Below are positions 52,101 through 64,000 of a stretch of 64,000 nucleotides of DNA, piece by piece. The stretch is from Tubiluchus corallicola (Eukaryota; Animalia; Priapulida): NCBI GenBank assembly GCA_030141605.1, contig JAQGDQ010000012.1, positions 824,359 to 888,358 of the forward strand, written 5' to 3'. Position 1 is the first letter of the stretch; every line of letters begins with the position of its first letter. A program made the position numbers and the translations under genes. The notes below the pieces were generated by a model, which was not told where the DNA came from, did no database searches, and saw nothing but the letters and a program-made list of their open reading frames with translations.

Positions 52101-55100
52101 ATTCCCTGTTTCTCCAGAAAATCAAACCACTTTTGGTTGTTCACTATGAGCACCTGCAGATGGACTTAACAGGTGAGGTGACTAGGATTGCAAATTTCTT
52201 TGGAGAAAATGTTGCAGCTGAGCAAATCAAGTGTGCAATAGAACACAACCGGGGACAATTCAAGAGGAGTGGCGTAAAGCAAAACAAAATCGATCCTTTC
52301 ACAGATGAGCAAAAAAACACAACTAATTACTATATCAGCGAAATCTCGAAAATGTTGACTGAAGAGGGACATCCTGATATACCAAAAGACTACTGGTTAT
52401 ATAATGATTCAAAATTGAACATCCGTTTAATGAATGAAACCAAAGATATATAGTGTTCAATGTTTGTGATTTGCTCCTCTCAACGATGTTACTTAAAGAC
52501 TATCATACAAATACAATTACTTGTACTTTGGTGTTACCAAGTTTTTTAGTGCTTATTAGAACCACTAGAGCTGAAGCTAGGTCAACTGTAAAGTACAGAT
52601 CATTCTAAACTGCTTTTGTACTTGTATTTCTAAGTAAATCTCCATAAAAAGTTGGTATATTATTATTTATAAAGTTAATTTCATCTTGGCATAATCATGA
52701 TTGAAAATATAGAATTTGTTTATGTATTTTTCTCTACTATTGCTTTACAATTTATATGCTAGTAAGCTAGTATAAGGTATTAAGATCAGTAACTACTGTA
52801 AAAGAACAGTTTATTAGTCAAATTTGACAGACTTTATATACCACTAAAATAATCGAGTGTCATTTTTCATAAACCACCAATACCATTCTTTTCTTCCCAT
52901 TACATAATATAAAAAAAGAAGAGCAGCACTCGACACACGTAATTTTATGGTTAGTCACTTGACAACTTTAGCAATGGCACAACATGACATTTTGATGATC
53001 TTGCTTTCAACTTTTATAGTTCCACTGTCACAGCTTAATTTATTTATTAAGATTGTTTGTGAGAATAGCATGTTTGCCATTTCCTCCTTGTGTTTTGTGA
53101 TCTATTTATACATTTTACTGTTACAGAGAATTGGGCATCTATTTGCACCAATGTCGAACTTTTTATTATGAATAAAAACCAATAAATACCTGTTGGGAGA
53201 GATGGTCAAAACTGTTCAGCATACTTTCTTCTGGCATATCTTCTGTATCACTACAAAACATTAGGTTTTTACTTGCAAAATAAGATACAGAGATAAAGGT
53301 AAAACAGAAACAGTTGGTAGCTTTGTACAGTATTGTTGCCTTACACTTTATTCAAAAATTATCACAATTTAAGCCACTATATGACTGCTAGATAATACAA
53401 TAACACATTTCGTTTTATTACTAGCTTAGAGATGATTCAGACTGTGGAAGCTTGATTCCAGGCACAACTATTTCATAAACTTGCACGCAAAAAACACCCT
53501 AGCCAACAGCTCCAACACTTGTGACATTAATGGTTAGAAGTAAAAGAATTTAATATCAATTCAGCTTTTTAATTTGCGATATTGCAATTCTAGAAAGACC
53601 TTTTAGATGTGCAGTGTGAGTGTAAAGGTTCAGTATTAGTTTAAAAAAACACTTTTATTTTTCAAACGAAAATAATCTTTGAAAAAGTATTAGTTGATTT
53701 GGCAAGGCATGTTGATTCCGAAATGCTCTAATAATAACATATTTGCAAACACATTCAACAGGGCATTCTAGCAGTCTTGAGGATTTAAAACTAATTTATT
53801 CCAAGTAAACACAAAATCTGTCTTAAGATGCCACGTAGTTTGTATGGAATAATTAATTCACACAGGATTTCCTGCTTATAATTAATGACGCACATAAATG
53901 CAAAATCACACATAAGAATGACAATGCAAAATCTTATTAAAAATCATAGTGCAGAGTTCCACTGAAAAATTACGTGGATATTCTGGATACTTTAAATTCT
54001 GTTAGAATATGTTAGCAGCTAGATCAACAGCAACATTTTTAACATTTCACTTAATCACTCTCTTTCTTAAGGTTTATAAACAGGTGTACTTACACCGGGT
54101 ACTTTTAAACATACCTATCTGATATGTTTGCTTCACTAATGTCATCATCACCATCATTGCTCATAACAACCACGACAGTTTTTGTTTTGGATACCTGCTT
54201 CTTAATCTGGTTTCTGAAGCCTGACTTTTTGTCTCTCTTCTGCACGCCTTTCTTTCGCCCGTCAGCAGTGGCAACAGCATGGTTTCCCTGCACAGGCTTC
54301 TTACGGTCATTACTTTGCTTTTTAGTTTCAGTCTTGTTCTTCACCAACTCAGTGGTTAAAGATTGTTTGTACTGTTTTTTATCATAAGTAATTTTACTAA
54401 TATCATTTTTACTGTTATCTCCTCCACCCTGGCATATAACTGGATGAGTCTGTTCATACACATCATCTAGTACAGCAATCATTTTCTTTTTAGGCAAGCG
54501 TCGGATGCCCAAATCTGTAACACGTTTCTAAAAAATATGACACTTGTCAGTTAGGCATCTAAATTAAGAAACAGATGAACGGTTAGAAATTAATTGCAGT
54601 TTACCTTAATAAGTGATAACATTTTTTCAATTAATTATCAGTGTCGCAAAAAACATTACTGCTAACACCTGTGGTATATGGCTTAAAGAAAATACTTTAT
54701 TAATGTCAGATAATTTTCATTACTTACTTTCAGTTCTGGTGTGATCATATTGGCAAAGTCCGGCTTTGGAGTAACTTTATCAGAGATGATGAAACTAGAA
54801 TTTTTACAAAGATCGCCAGGTGTTTTCACTATAGCAGCTGTCCTTCCCTGTTACAAAGCAAATAGCTCAGAGAACACTTTTGCAACACAGTATGGTCTAG
54901 CACTCAGCTTACCAAACAAATACTTTAAATTATTAATACTTATGCATCAGCATCTGAACATCATTTTTAAACATAAAATTTTACACTTATATCAAAGAGA
55001 AACATCATCAATATAAATGTTTTTAACACGTCAGTTTCTTAATATGATCAGGAAATGTGCTAACATAAATGGTGAAAAATAAAAACCTTTAACTTACATT

Positions 55101-58100
55101 ATTATTACTACTTACATGAACTGCCTCAGGTGGAACAAATTCATTTGAGGAAACTTGTTCTGAAATCATCTCATAGAAACAGCCATCAGACATGTCCCAT
55201 AAGGAGGAATTATTTCTTTCATGTGTCTCGGAGACACCGCGGGGCTGCTGCTGTGAGCAGAATGGCAACCCAATCGCTCCATGGCTGTCAACAACTCCAT
55301 CAACTGTTGAGGTGTGACGGGCAGTCACAGTATTATTAGCGACTTCGTTATCATCACTATCAATAATTTCAATTACAGACACATCTTCTGCTTCGTTATC
55401 AATATTTTCATGTACGAGGATGTGTTTCAGTTCTGCAAAGTCACCTTCAATAACGCTCTTGTTACAATCAGTTGTCATCTTGTGACCAAAACTATCACAT
55501 TCGCTAGAAAATGGTACAGCTGTAGTTTCTAGCTCCCATTTTGCTCTTTTTACACATTGAGGCGAGAATGATGCTGACATTATTTTGCGTTTTGAAGTCT
55601 GGTGCTTTTGGAAGGCATCTGTGTCATTAACCAATGTTTTATCAAATGAGTCAGAAACAGAAGAATCTAATAACAACTTTTCACATAGTCTTTTTGAATT
55701 TGACAACTTTGCAGAAGATTCAGCAGTGCTTGTTGGAGTAAGCATAATGTTATCTCTTAGCTTGGTTTCAGGGTTATTAGTTACTGGAGAAACACCATCT
55801 GTTGTTCTTGTATCATCCTCAACTATTCTAATTTCTGCATTCATACTTTTTTCACAAATGCCATCTGAATGTTTTAAAAGGTTGCCCAGTTCTTTACAAC
55901 TATCAAACAAGTTATGCTTTTCAGTAAAAAGTTGCCGACAATGAAAAGGTAACCTTGACCAACTTTCCTCCATTTTGTCAAACTGCGGACTGTGAGAATC
56001 AAACAAATCTGGCGTTGTGTCACCATCTACAGAAAGGCACTTAGAAGCAGGTGTGTCAACATTGTTGAAATCATGCACGCTTAAATCTGGCAACTCCCAC
56101 TGATCAATTATGGTACTATCAACCGCTTTCATTGTGGAGTCTGAATCATTTCCACAAGCTGTTTCTACAATTTCTGTATTGCTGTGAAAATTTAAATTAG
56201 GACGAAGTTCAGCTAAAACTTTAACACTATTGACACTAGAAGGAGAATCACATCGCGAGGACACTGATTTAGATAGTAAAACCTCTTCAGATGTTTCACT
56301 AATTGTGGCACTAGAGTTGACACAGCCTTGAGGCTTCTGCACATTAGACAGACAAAAGTTTTCAAGTGCTTGCTTACAACAGTCATCTTTAACCATATTA
56401 TTTACTAATGGCCCCATGTCACAAAAACCATTTTTGTTCAGTTCCAGGTTGGTATCATTTAAAAGCACTTCGCAAAAGTTCTCATCTGGCGTACAGATCT
56501 GTGAAAACGGCACATTAGGACACGACAAAGGCAATACCCCATTTGAAATATCATCTTTAACTACTTCTGCACTTTGCTCCATTGCTTCGCCTTTTTTTAA
56601 GAAAATCGCAATATCCTTGCTAAAATTTTCTTGTAAATTTGACTCAGCAATCGGAGATATGCATTTATTGACACAAAAGCTCTTTTCACCATCAGTTTCA
56701 CCCATAGGCTCAGGTAAAACACTTTGTATTGATCTGTTTTCCAAGTTGTAGCTTTTACCTACTTGTATGCCATCACCACCACCACCATCATCATCATCAC
56801 CATCGTCACTTAACAGATTTGCCAGGATATCTTGAGTAGCAATTGGCAAAGACGAATGAGAGTCTTTTAACTCTTTGTTGCAATTTTCAACGAGTTCAGT
56901 CAGTCCATATCTAAAACCAGTGTAAATAAGAACAATATAGTTTTAATCATCTACTACTTACTACTTGTGCCTCAATTTCTAGGGTAACAGGGACATTAGC
57001 CAAGCTAATCTCCAGAAAAAACTTGAAACACGAACGTAGAGTTTTGTTTTACTCCTGTATACAAACCTGGACGCAAATAAGTAGAACTAATTGTTAAAAA
57101 GTTTTTTCAAAGATCCAATCATCTGATCTAATACAGTACAGATTCACAGACCAATTTTGTAGTAAATGTACAGACCTTTGAGCAAGCTGTAAAAATGCAG
57201 ATTGGTCACACTGCCCTGCATCTATTTTTCCTGTATAGAGATACTTTAACATAGATAACACAACATCCTCATTATAAATTTCCCAATTAATGTTCTTGCT
57301 GGACTCAAATTCCTAGAAACAAAATAAAGAAAAAGGTTAAAAAAGTTAATAACTTGCGTACAAACTTGGTTTGTGCACATGACTTACCTAAAAATAAAAG
57401 TATACTGTCCTAAGCTTTGACTTAGTGAAGCAGAAATATAATGTCCATTAAATTCAGTATATATAACAGCTTTTGCTCTCACAAGCCTCATCAAGTGAAA
57501 GCAGCAAATATGAAAGCTTGCCTTTTAACTTTGTGTATTTGCTGTTTTTACACTAATGAAGTCTGTTAGAGTAAAAGCTCCTACAACAAAACATTTTAAT
57601 TATGATTTACTTATTTAATCTCAATGTGCTAAACTTAACTGATTACTGCAAATCTTGTTACCACTATGATCTTACTGCCGTTGACACATTGTACAAAGAC
57701 GAGGGATGTATATCATTTAATATATTACATCAAATAATAAAGTAGGTGCAAAATAAAAAGAATCAAATGAATCCTAGTAAATGGAACACGATCAAACCAC
57801 CTGTTTAAAAAATTAAACAATATATGATATAAACGCATTTCAAAAACTGAATAGACTGCATACCTTGTATAACATACGACATCTAGCTGCAAATACAAAT
57901 CTATGTGCGGGAATCTTGCTTTGCTTTGTACTTATGATGACATCACTTGCGATCTCGCTTGCAACCATTTTCCCAAAGTCGTCCAATACTGACATAGCAT
58001 TACATGGCTGAAAAATTACTTAGAAAGTAATTTCATATTCTCAAAAGTAATAGTTTACATATTTATTAATTTTCACAGAAATCCATTTGAATCTGTCGTT

Positions 58101-61100
58101 ACCCCTAATCGCATCTTACAGAGTAATTATAATTGATTTTAAAACAATACAATCAGTCTTAAAAAGCCAATTTTAAAGTATTTATTTTCAAACTGCTTGA
58201 AAATAGCTATACTATACATGTGGCTATTTATCAATAGGAGCCAAATTTAAAAATAAATTTTAAATTGCTTAACCAGGCACATTAAGCAAATTCTTCATTA
58301 AAATAAGCTGCATGGCTTCCTGCATGCTAAATTGTTCAGTTTTACTAGTATTTAGAGCAAATATCAAACCCATCAAAAGCCATTCAACTTTTAGAAGAAC
58401 AATTCACACTATAGAATGTTTGTTAATGTAAGAAATGAATTTTAACATGAATATCAAAATTTACATTTTATTTTGCAGCAATTTGACAACGAGTAGCTCA
58501 CAGTGATCAATAAAAGTGATTCTGTAAAAGAAAGCTCTTGCACATAATTTAAGTTGTAATATTTTTTACGGTTTGGTTGCTGTTACCCAAACTACTTTCA
58601 CACTGTTCGTCCAACCCAACCACTTCACCATTGTGCTAATGAGCCCATTATAAGGCATTCCTCACCACTGTTTGGCGGGCTTGTTAGTTTGAAGTTTTAT
58701 TTTTATCACTACACCAATACAATAGTTTTAGTCGCTGTACAAACAATGACTTCACTTTTACTCTGATAATTTGCTTGATATAGAAATACCAATACTATTA
58801 TTCAATGCTGCAGACCTCAAATGGAACATCTAGTATATAAAGCAAGCACACAATTAAATGAGCAGTCTAATCACACGTCAATAAAGTTATATGCAAGTCA
58901 TTACCTGTTCTAATTCCACATATCCAGCAAGGGTATCTTCCAGTTCTAACAATGTTGCAGCAGGTGGTGCAGGATGATGCTGTGATAAACAAGGATCATA
59001 GAGCTGACTGGCATGATTTTCCTGAGAAATCTTGGTTTCTCCTTTTTGCTTCACATCAACCTAAAAGCACCCAACAAGTGTAAAATAGAGACTAAAAACT
59101 AAAACATAACATAAGTGCAGGCCGTTGTGTTACCTTGCATAGGCATGACTATAGTGCTCAGGACAGAAAGTAACATTATTGTTATCTAGCCAACAGTTAC
59201 ATTTGATTTTTGGTTAAATGTTAGAGCGTGAGTGAAAAATTACACATGTAAAATATACTTGGACAACCTTTCTACAATAATCAAAACACATCTATCATGA
59301 TGAATACTACCACTGTTTTGAAGTCTTTTATTGGGATCATATGAAAACACTTCATTCACACAAGAAAAGGCATACAGATATTCAATTTCATTATGATTTA
59401 TATCACCAAAGTTATGAATGTTAAAGCAAAAGCCAAATCTGTCCACCAGCTTTTGCCATTTTTTTTCAAATATTCGTTGGTGGACATATGGATGACATAA
59501 AATTCTTTTGCATTTTTAAACAAAGGCATTTTATATATTATGTAGGAATTTTCGTATTTTTAAACAAGACATTTTATGTGTGTATATCATACGGTAATTT
59601 CATTATTTTAAGAGTATACTAAAACACAACGAATGTTGTTTGACAGTTGGTTTTTATTTCAAGGTTAACAACTAGCCTATAAGAACGACATAATTTACGA
59701 TTAATCCATAGGCACAGTGAAAATTATCAAATAAAAATCAAAGCTACGCAATGACTTTCTCTGTAAAGGTTCTTCTTACATGGTCATTTGCAATACACAC
59801 AGACTTATTCCATCCATAAATTTCAGAAAATCGTCGTAACTTGCTTCCCGTTTCTATTTTACAAGGTGAAACTGGAGGCACCAAGGCTGAGACATAGTAA
59901 GAACTTCGATCATCATGTATTGATTCATCGCCACTGGCAGAACACAGATTCCATAAAGTAACATCCTACAAGTAATATCACAAATTTTTATTATCAATTT
60001 GATACATTCACTAGCCCATGTTTACAACTTTGCATTAACTCATATCTATAAACAATTGATAATTGGACAAATGTCTGACACTATTACCAAGAACTCTTTA
60101 TTTATTGGTAAAGTACAACTAAAATAGAACAAACTCCTACTGTTGGTAGTTATTGGATAATGACAACTGTGTAACACTAAAAATTTAAAACTTAAAACTT
60201 CAAATTTCAACAACATTGTCGATTTCGAGTTAAATTATGCAACATTTTTCAATTTTTGGAAATCACCTATGCAATCGTCAAAAAAGTTAGGTAGCTCTTA
60301 TTTTGATTATCATTACAAAACAGAATAACTATATCTACATAATATCACAGAAAAAAAAATCAGCAATTAATAAAACGTCACCAGTTTAGCCAAGCATGGT
60401 ATCAAATCTGCGCCAACCCCAAATATCTACTAAAAACAAAAATAAACATAGCACTCAACCAGCCAGCACATCTAAATTCATTTATTTGCAGTTGACTAAA
60501 ACATAAATAAAAAATCAGAGAAGCCATTACATTCTCCCTATTCTCGTCTTGAGCGTACTTGACAGCTAACTTGCTTGGTGGAAATTTGAGACAACTCTCC
60601 TCCTGATACAATGCCTCTAATATACTCAACTCTTCTTTGCTCTAGAAAAAATAAAATGTTACAAATAAAATGATCCACTAATGAAATATCCATAAGATTA
60701 CTCTGTGTAGCCAGTTCCCAAATACAGTCTGAGTACTTAGATGTAAAAATTTTCATGTAAGCAACCAACTGGATAGATGGTGAAAACTCGAAATTAAACA
60801 ATTACTCCCTAGATGTAATTATAAGAAGTCATGCATTAATTAAGACATCTTGCTACCATTGCAGGGAATAATACATAAAAATCACAACATCATGCAGTAG
60901 ACCATCAGGTTGCATGATCTCACCATCCAACTGTGAATGCCAGTGCAATTTCACAACTTTTAGCAATGTTCAGCATTTTAATGAAAAAAGTACAACATAA
61001 ACAGTGCATAAATAAAATTTATTTGTCAACTGGATCAATAATATACTTCAATCATAATTTTTTACTATATAATTCCAAGCATGTCACATGTAAATAAATA

Positions 61101-63884
61101 AGTAAAGCAACCTCACAATATAGACAATATAGTCAATAATGCAATAAAGTTAATAAAGGTTACTACTAGCAAATACCTGGCGCATATTATTTGCTATTTT
61201 TTCCTGTAACATGCGATTTGTTTCCTCAATTGTTCTCTGTAGTAATAAGGGAACAACATCTGCAGCAGCTTTCTTGCCTCTGCGTTTGCGTCCATTAGTT
61301 TTTCTACCTGCACCAAATGGCAGCAAATGGCTGTCACTAGATGTGCATTCTGAAGCTGAAGCCGACAATGCCATAGCCATTTGAATTTGTAGCATCTCAT
61401 CTACTGCACTGCAAAATAAGCATGAAAATATTGTTATAAATGCTTTGAAATTATAAAACACAAAATCTTAATTCTTAATTTTTGTACTGTAGTAATGAAA
61501 TAGGCTAAATTTAAAAGATTCTCACTACTGCCACTTGATCTACTACTAACGTACGTGTATAACCATCAGTGATGCGCATTGACTCACATGGCTGGTAGTA
61601 CTGCTCAACTCAACATAACTCATTAACTGTAATTCACACTGCAAGTGCCCTGACCTATCACAATTTTTTAATAATTGAACAAAATAGTGTATTGAAACAG
61701 AAAACATTAAAGTGCTGCACAAACAAATTACAAAACAAAATCTTTTTTACTTTTTCATCGGAAAAGATTTTATCCAAAAAAAGCAAAAAGCAAAATCACA
61801 ATTTGTGCTTTATAAAATGGCAGCAAATGAAGCAGTAACTAAAAACTAAAAGTCATCAGTGATTGATAACATGAGAACTTTTTTATATAGATTACCCCAA
61901 ACAAGGCCAATGATAAGTCAAGGTACATGGCTTATAGCAGAGAGATGAAAATATGATACATGTCCACAGAAATACCATTCACATAACTAATTTGCTAGTG
62001 GTAGCATGTATCCATTGACAAATTGATTTATAAACAACTGTTCTGCATCTAGGAATGTCTAGTGTAAGATTAAATGCTATGTGCAAACTGTCGGCACTTC
62101 AGAACCAGTGACAAGAGAGTCTGAGAGGACCTTACATGGAAGTAGCGGTAAATAAGGCTTAATACAGCAACTGATGTTCGAATAGCAAAGGCTGCAATCG
62201 TCACTCCAAATTAGAAACAGTCAGACAGGCGACAGGATTTTGCAATTCATCAAGAAGCTGAGGCACCAGCCCAGATGTGACAGCAGTATTCCATGTTTGT
62301 AAAAACACTTATTCAATGTGTTCTTAAAATATCACAACATTTGACGAGAACCATCATCTATGAACTTGTCATCAGACTGCAGTTCATCAATGCAAAGTAC
62401 ATGCTGTTAATCCATTAATCACAACTTCATTGTTTGGTATATCTGTTATGTGAACACATCAATATTTTTATTATAACACAGAGCCTGATGATAAACAAGG
62501 TATTGCCGCTTAGTCACTTTTAGATGTTAACCTCAGTTTCGAAACAAAGTAAGGATTACGAAGCAATGATTAAGTTTATTAATATGCATGGCACCTTTTG
62601 GGCGCTAAACGCTTTGTGGTTGTGGTAAACTTGCGTATTCGAGATGATATTAGGGAAGGTGGTAAGCTACCAGCGGCTTTCAATGCTGCAAATTCTTCCT
62701 CCTGTTTCTTGGACTTGACCAACAGAACAGCGGATGGAATTTTCTTCGTACGAGCACATCTTTTTAAGTGCATAGTTCTGGCCTTAAATAAAAAACAAAA
62801 ACGTGGGCACATACTCATCATTACAATACTTGTCCTTTAAGAACTAATACGATAGTCTAAAAAATTAATTAGTAATGAAAGTTATTGCCAAACTATCTAT
62901 GTAATATTAAAAATAGAGAAAAAGAAAGCAGCATAATAAAAATGAGACAGAAATAACTTTACTAAGTTAGAACTAAAAATCGAGAAATTCAGCTCACCAT
63001 TGAGAATTGATTCTGATTAGAGCTTTGAATAACCAATAATTTCCCCCGGGTATCTCAAAATACGAGTAATTTCAATTGTCTTTATTAATTCTTTGACAAT
63101 TTCTTAGAAAATATAAATCGTTTCTGATTGATCTTCCAGAACAAACACTAACGGTAATCAATGCAGCACAAACAGTTTGGCAATTGGTTGTCTCAATTAC
63201 ACTGATTTTACCTTTCTAGACTTCAACACTCGATCACACAATGGACAATTAGGAACAGAAGCTTCTACCAAACGTTTTCTTTCTTCTTTTTCTTCATGGT
63301 CATCTAAGCAGCTAAAAGCAACAAAATATAAACTAACAATGCGAAGCAGCACATAGGGGAAACAGCGAGTTTAAAACTTAGAGGATAAAAGTTAAAAGAG
63401 CTATTGCTCCACCTGCAAAACAAACTGTATACTGCTTATGGACACATTAGAAAAGTTAAGATTTTTTATTTTTTTCCCTAGAATGAACATGGCATTCGAT
63501 GGATTAAAATCCGCCCAAATTGACTACACATTTAGAAATAGCAGTAAAACAACGTATAGCAATTTTACGAACTATAGTAGCTCATGACGTCACCAGAACT
63601 GCTTAACAAATTTTTTTCTGCGGGACTTTATATATAATATTTCCGATTTGAGCATATATTGGTCTGCCACTGCTTAACTTCCAGCCTGAATAGAAGTTCA
63701 AACTTCCATTACTTAAAGCTGCACTGTTAAGAAAATCTAAACAACTAAAAATGAAAGTTAATGCTATCTACACGGCATTCCTCAAAACTCTTGTACGTAC
63801 CGATTATAATGCTGTTGGCGTCCAGCTGCGCCAAGGTGAGTAATGTCTTTATTGCATAATGCACATAATTCCTTTAATTCATCT
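37188..63884 (-). CDS. SLX4: Structure-specific endonuclease scaffold SLX4 (FANCP/BTBD12), 15 coding exons in window, 5' end outside window
   Basis: Exons 63801-~63884, 63212-63311, 62595-62782, 61177-61408, 60531-60641, 59780-59965, 58905-59060, 57864-58007, 57176-57312, 55116(or 55098)-56910, 54728-54847, 54115-54527, 53190-53250, 38458-38541, 37188-37346, with consistent phases. Domains in order: two UBZ4 fingers ([18 protein letters not shown]; [17 protein letters not shown]), MLR ([16 protein letters not shown]), BTB ([27 protein letters not shown]), SIM-like [14 protein letters not shown] ([45 protein letters not shown]) and SBD ([31 protein letters not shown]). Confidence 0.95.
37800..37990 (-). 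mobile_element. Possible decayed LINE reverse-transcriptase C-terminal fragment in last SLX4 intron
   Basis: [28 protein letters not shown] loosely resembles the FKYLGxxIxxxL...ICKKxxxRL thumb region of L2/CR1-type RTs. Short and interrupted by stops. Confidence 0.3.
40804..40968. repeat. Tandem duplication, period 91 bp
   Basis: AATCTTGTTATGCAAATATTTGCAATATACCGAAATTTG...CACTATATATAGGCGAG at 40804-40877 is repeated at 40895-40968. Confidence 0.85.
41840..42050. repeat. Degenerate trinucleotide (AAC/GAC/AAT) low-complexity repeat
   Basis: Runs of aca/gac/aat triplets produce the spurious N/D-rich, T-rich and V-rich ORFs in the track. A similar (GAT/GAC) tract lies at about 43270-43370. Confidence 0.8.
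43662..43768. repeat. 15-bp repeat tract (GTGCCATTTTTACCT-like), probable DNA-transposon terminal fragment
   Basis: gccatttttcctacg, gcaatttttacctgt, gccattttttccggt, gccatttttacctat, gacatttttacttac. Confidence 0.6.
44862..45127. repeat. Tandem duplication of about 133 bp just upstream of the WSCD-like coding start
   Basis: AAATTTATTGAAAGTCTGAACACGGTGAACAACTTGGTG...GTCAACGACCAGTTGTCA.CTGCA.GGCACAG occurs at 44862-44994 and again at 44995-45127. Confidence 0.9.
45279..52453 (+). CDS. WSC-domain-containing sulfotransferase (WSCD1/WSCD2-like, sialate:O-sulfotransferase family), 723 aa, nested antisense in SLX4 intron
   Basis: Exons 45279-45729, 46861-46981, 47751-47938, 49070-49345, 49696-49834, 50016-50221, 50729-50893, 51559-51783, 52053-52453 sum to 2172 nt in an open frame. 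Type II TM anchor ([17 protein letters not shown]). Two divergent Cys modules (LLSC..CIQQC..CYC..C; FLTC..CLQRC..CFC..C). Catalytic motifs [52 protein letters not shown] and LVVHYEHL, typical of the WSCD family. Confidence 0.9.
51091..51475. repeat. Intronic tandem duplication (about 180 bp units) each containing a (TA)n microsatellite
   Basis: AACAAATG.ATAAAGTA.ACTTTT...GGAAGTGAATTACAAGTGTTACCAAT(TA)n...AATCTAGTCA.AAGTGTTCAGTCAATACGCAGAAG at about 51091-51255 and about 51274-51475. The second copy has an extra stretch of about 30 bp after the (TA)n. Confidence 0.85.
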
Positions 63885-64000
63885 CTATTAAAATTACACA
63901 AAAATAACAACATATTAATTTAACACACAGCTCTGTAATGATTACATACTGATGCAGCTACGGCTGTATTTTATGAACCCTTAATTGGACCAAAACAAAC

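Noticed and set aside
55130-56751. Several plus-strand ORFs opposite the large SLX4 exon
   Set aside because: Antisense shadows of the SLX4 coding exon with no independent motifs or splice structure.

Overview
AT-rich, intron-containing metazoan (invertebrate-type) genomic DNA with no prokaryotic features, CRISPR arrays or rRNA/tRNA genes that I can support. I reconstructed five spliced genes by hand, with consistent splice sites and reading-frame phases. (1) Hsp110/HSPA4-family chaperone, minus strand, ATG 11973, running off the left edge, with heat-shock elements upstream. (2) A secreted, probably GPI-anchored beta-lactamase-like serine hydrolase, minus strand, 18781-23182, 599 aa, with one GC-AG intron. 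(3) A CHST1-like Gal/GlcNAc 6-O-sulfotransferase, plus strand, 27966-33436. (4) SLX4 (UBZ-UBZ-MLR-BTB-SAP-SBD), minus strand, from beyond the right edge to 37188. (5) A WSCD1/2-like WSC-domain sulfotransferase, plus strand, 45279-52453, 723 aa, nested antisense inside a 14.6-kb SLX4 intron that separates the SLX1-binding domain from the rest of SLX4. Intergenic and intronic DNA holds MITEs (pogo/Tigger-like, hAT-like), two larger TGT...ACA elements with repetitive inverted ends, LINE remnants, local tandem duplications, and a 5'-truncated twister-ribozyme core at about 17530-17639 (minus). All identifications come from motif recognition without database searches.
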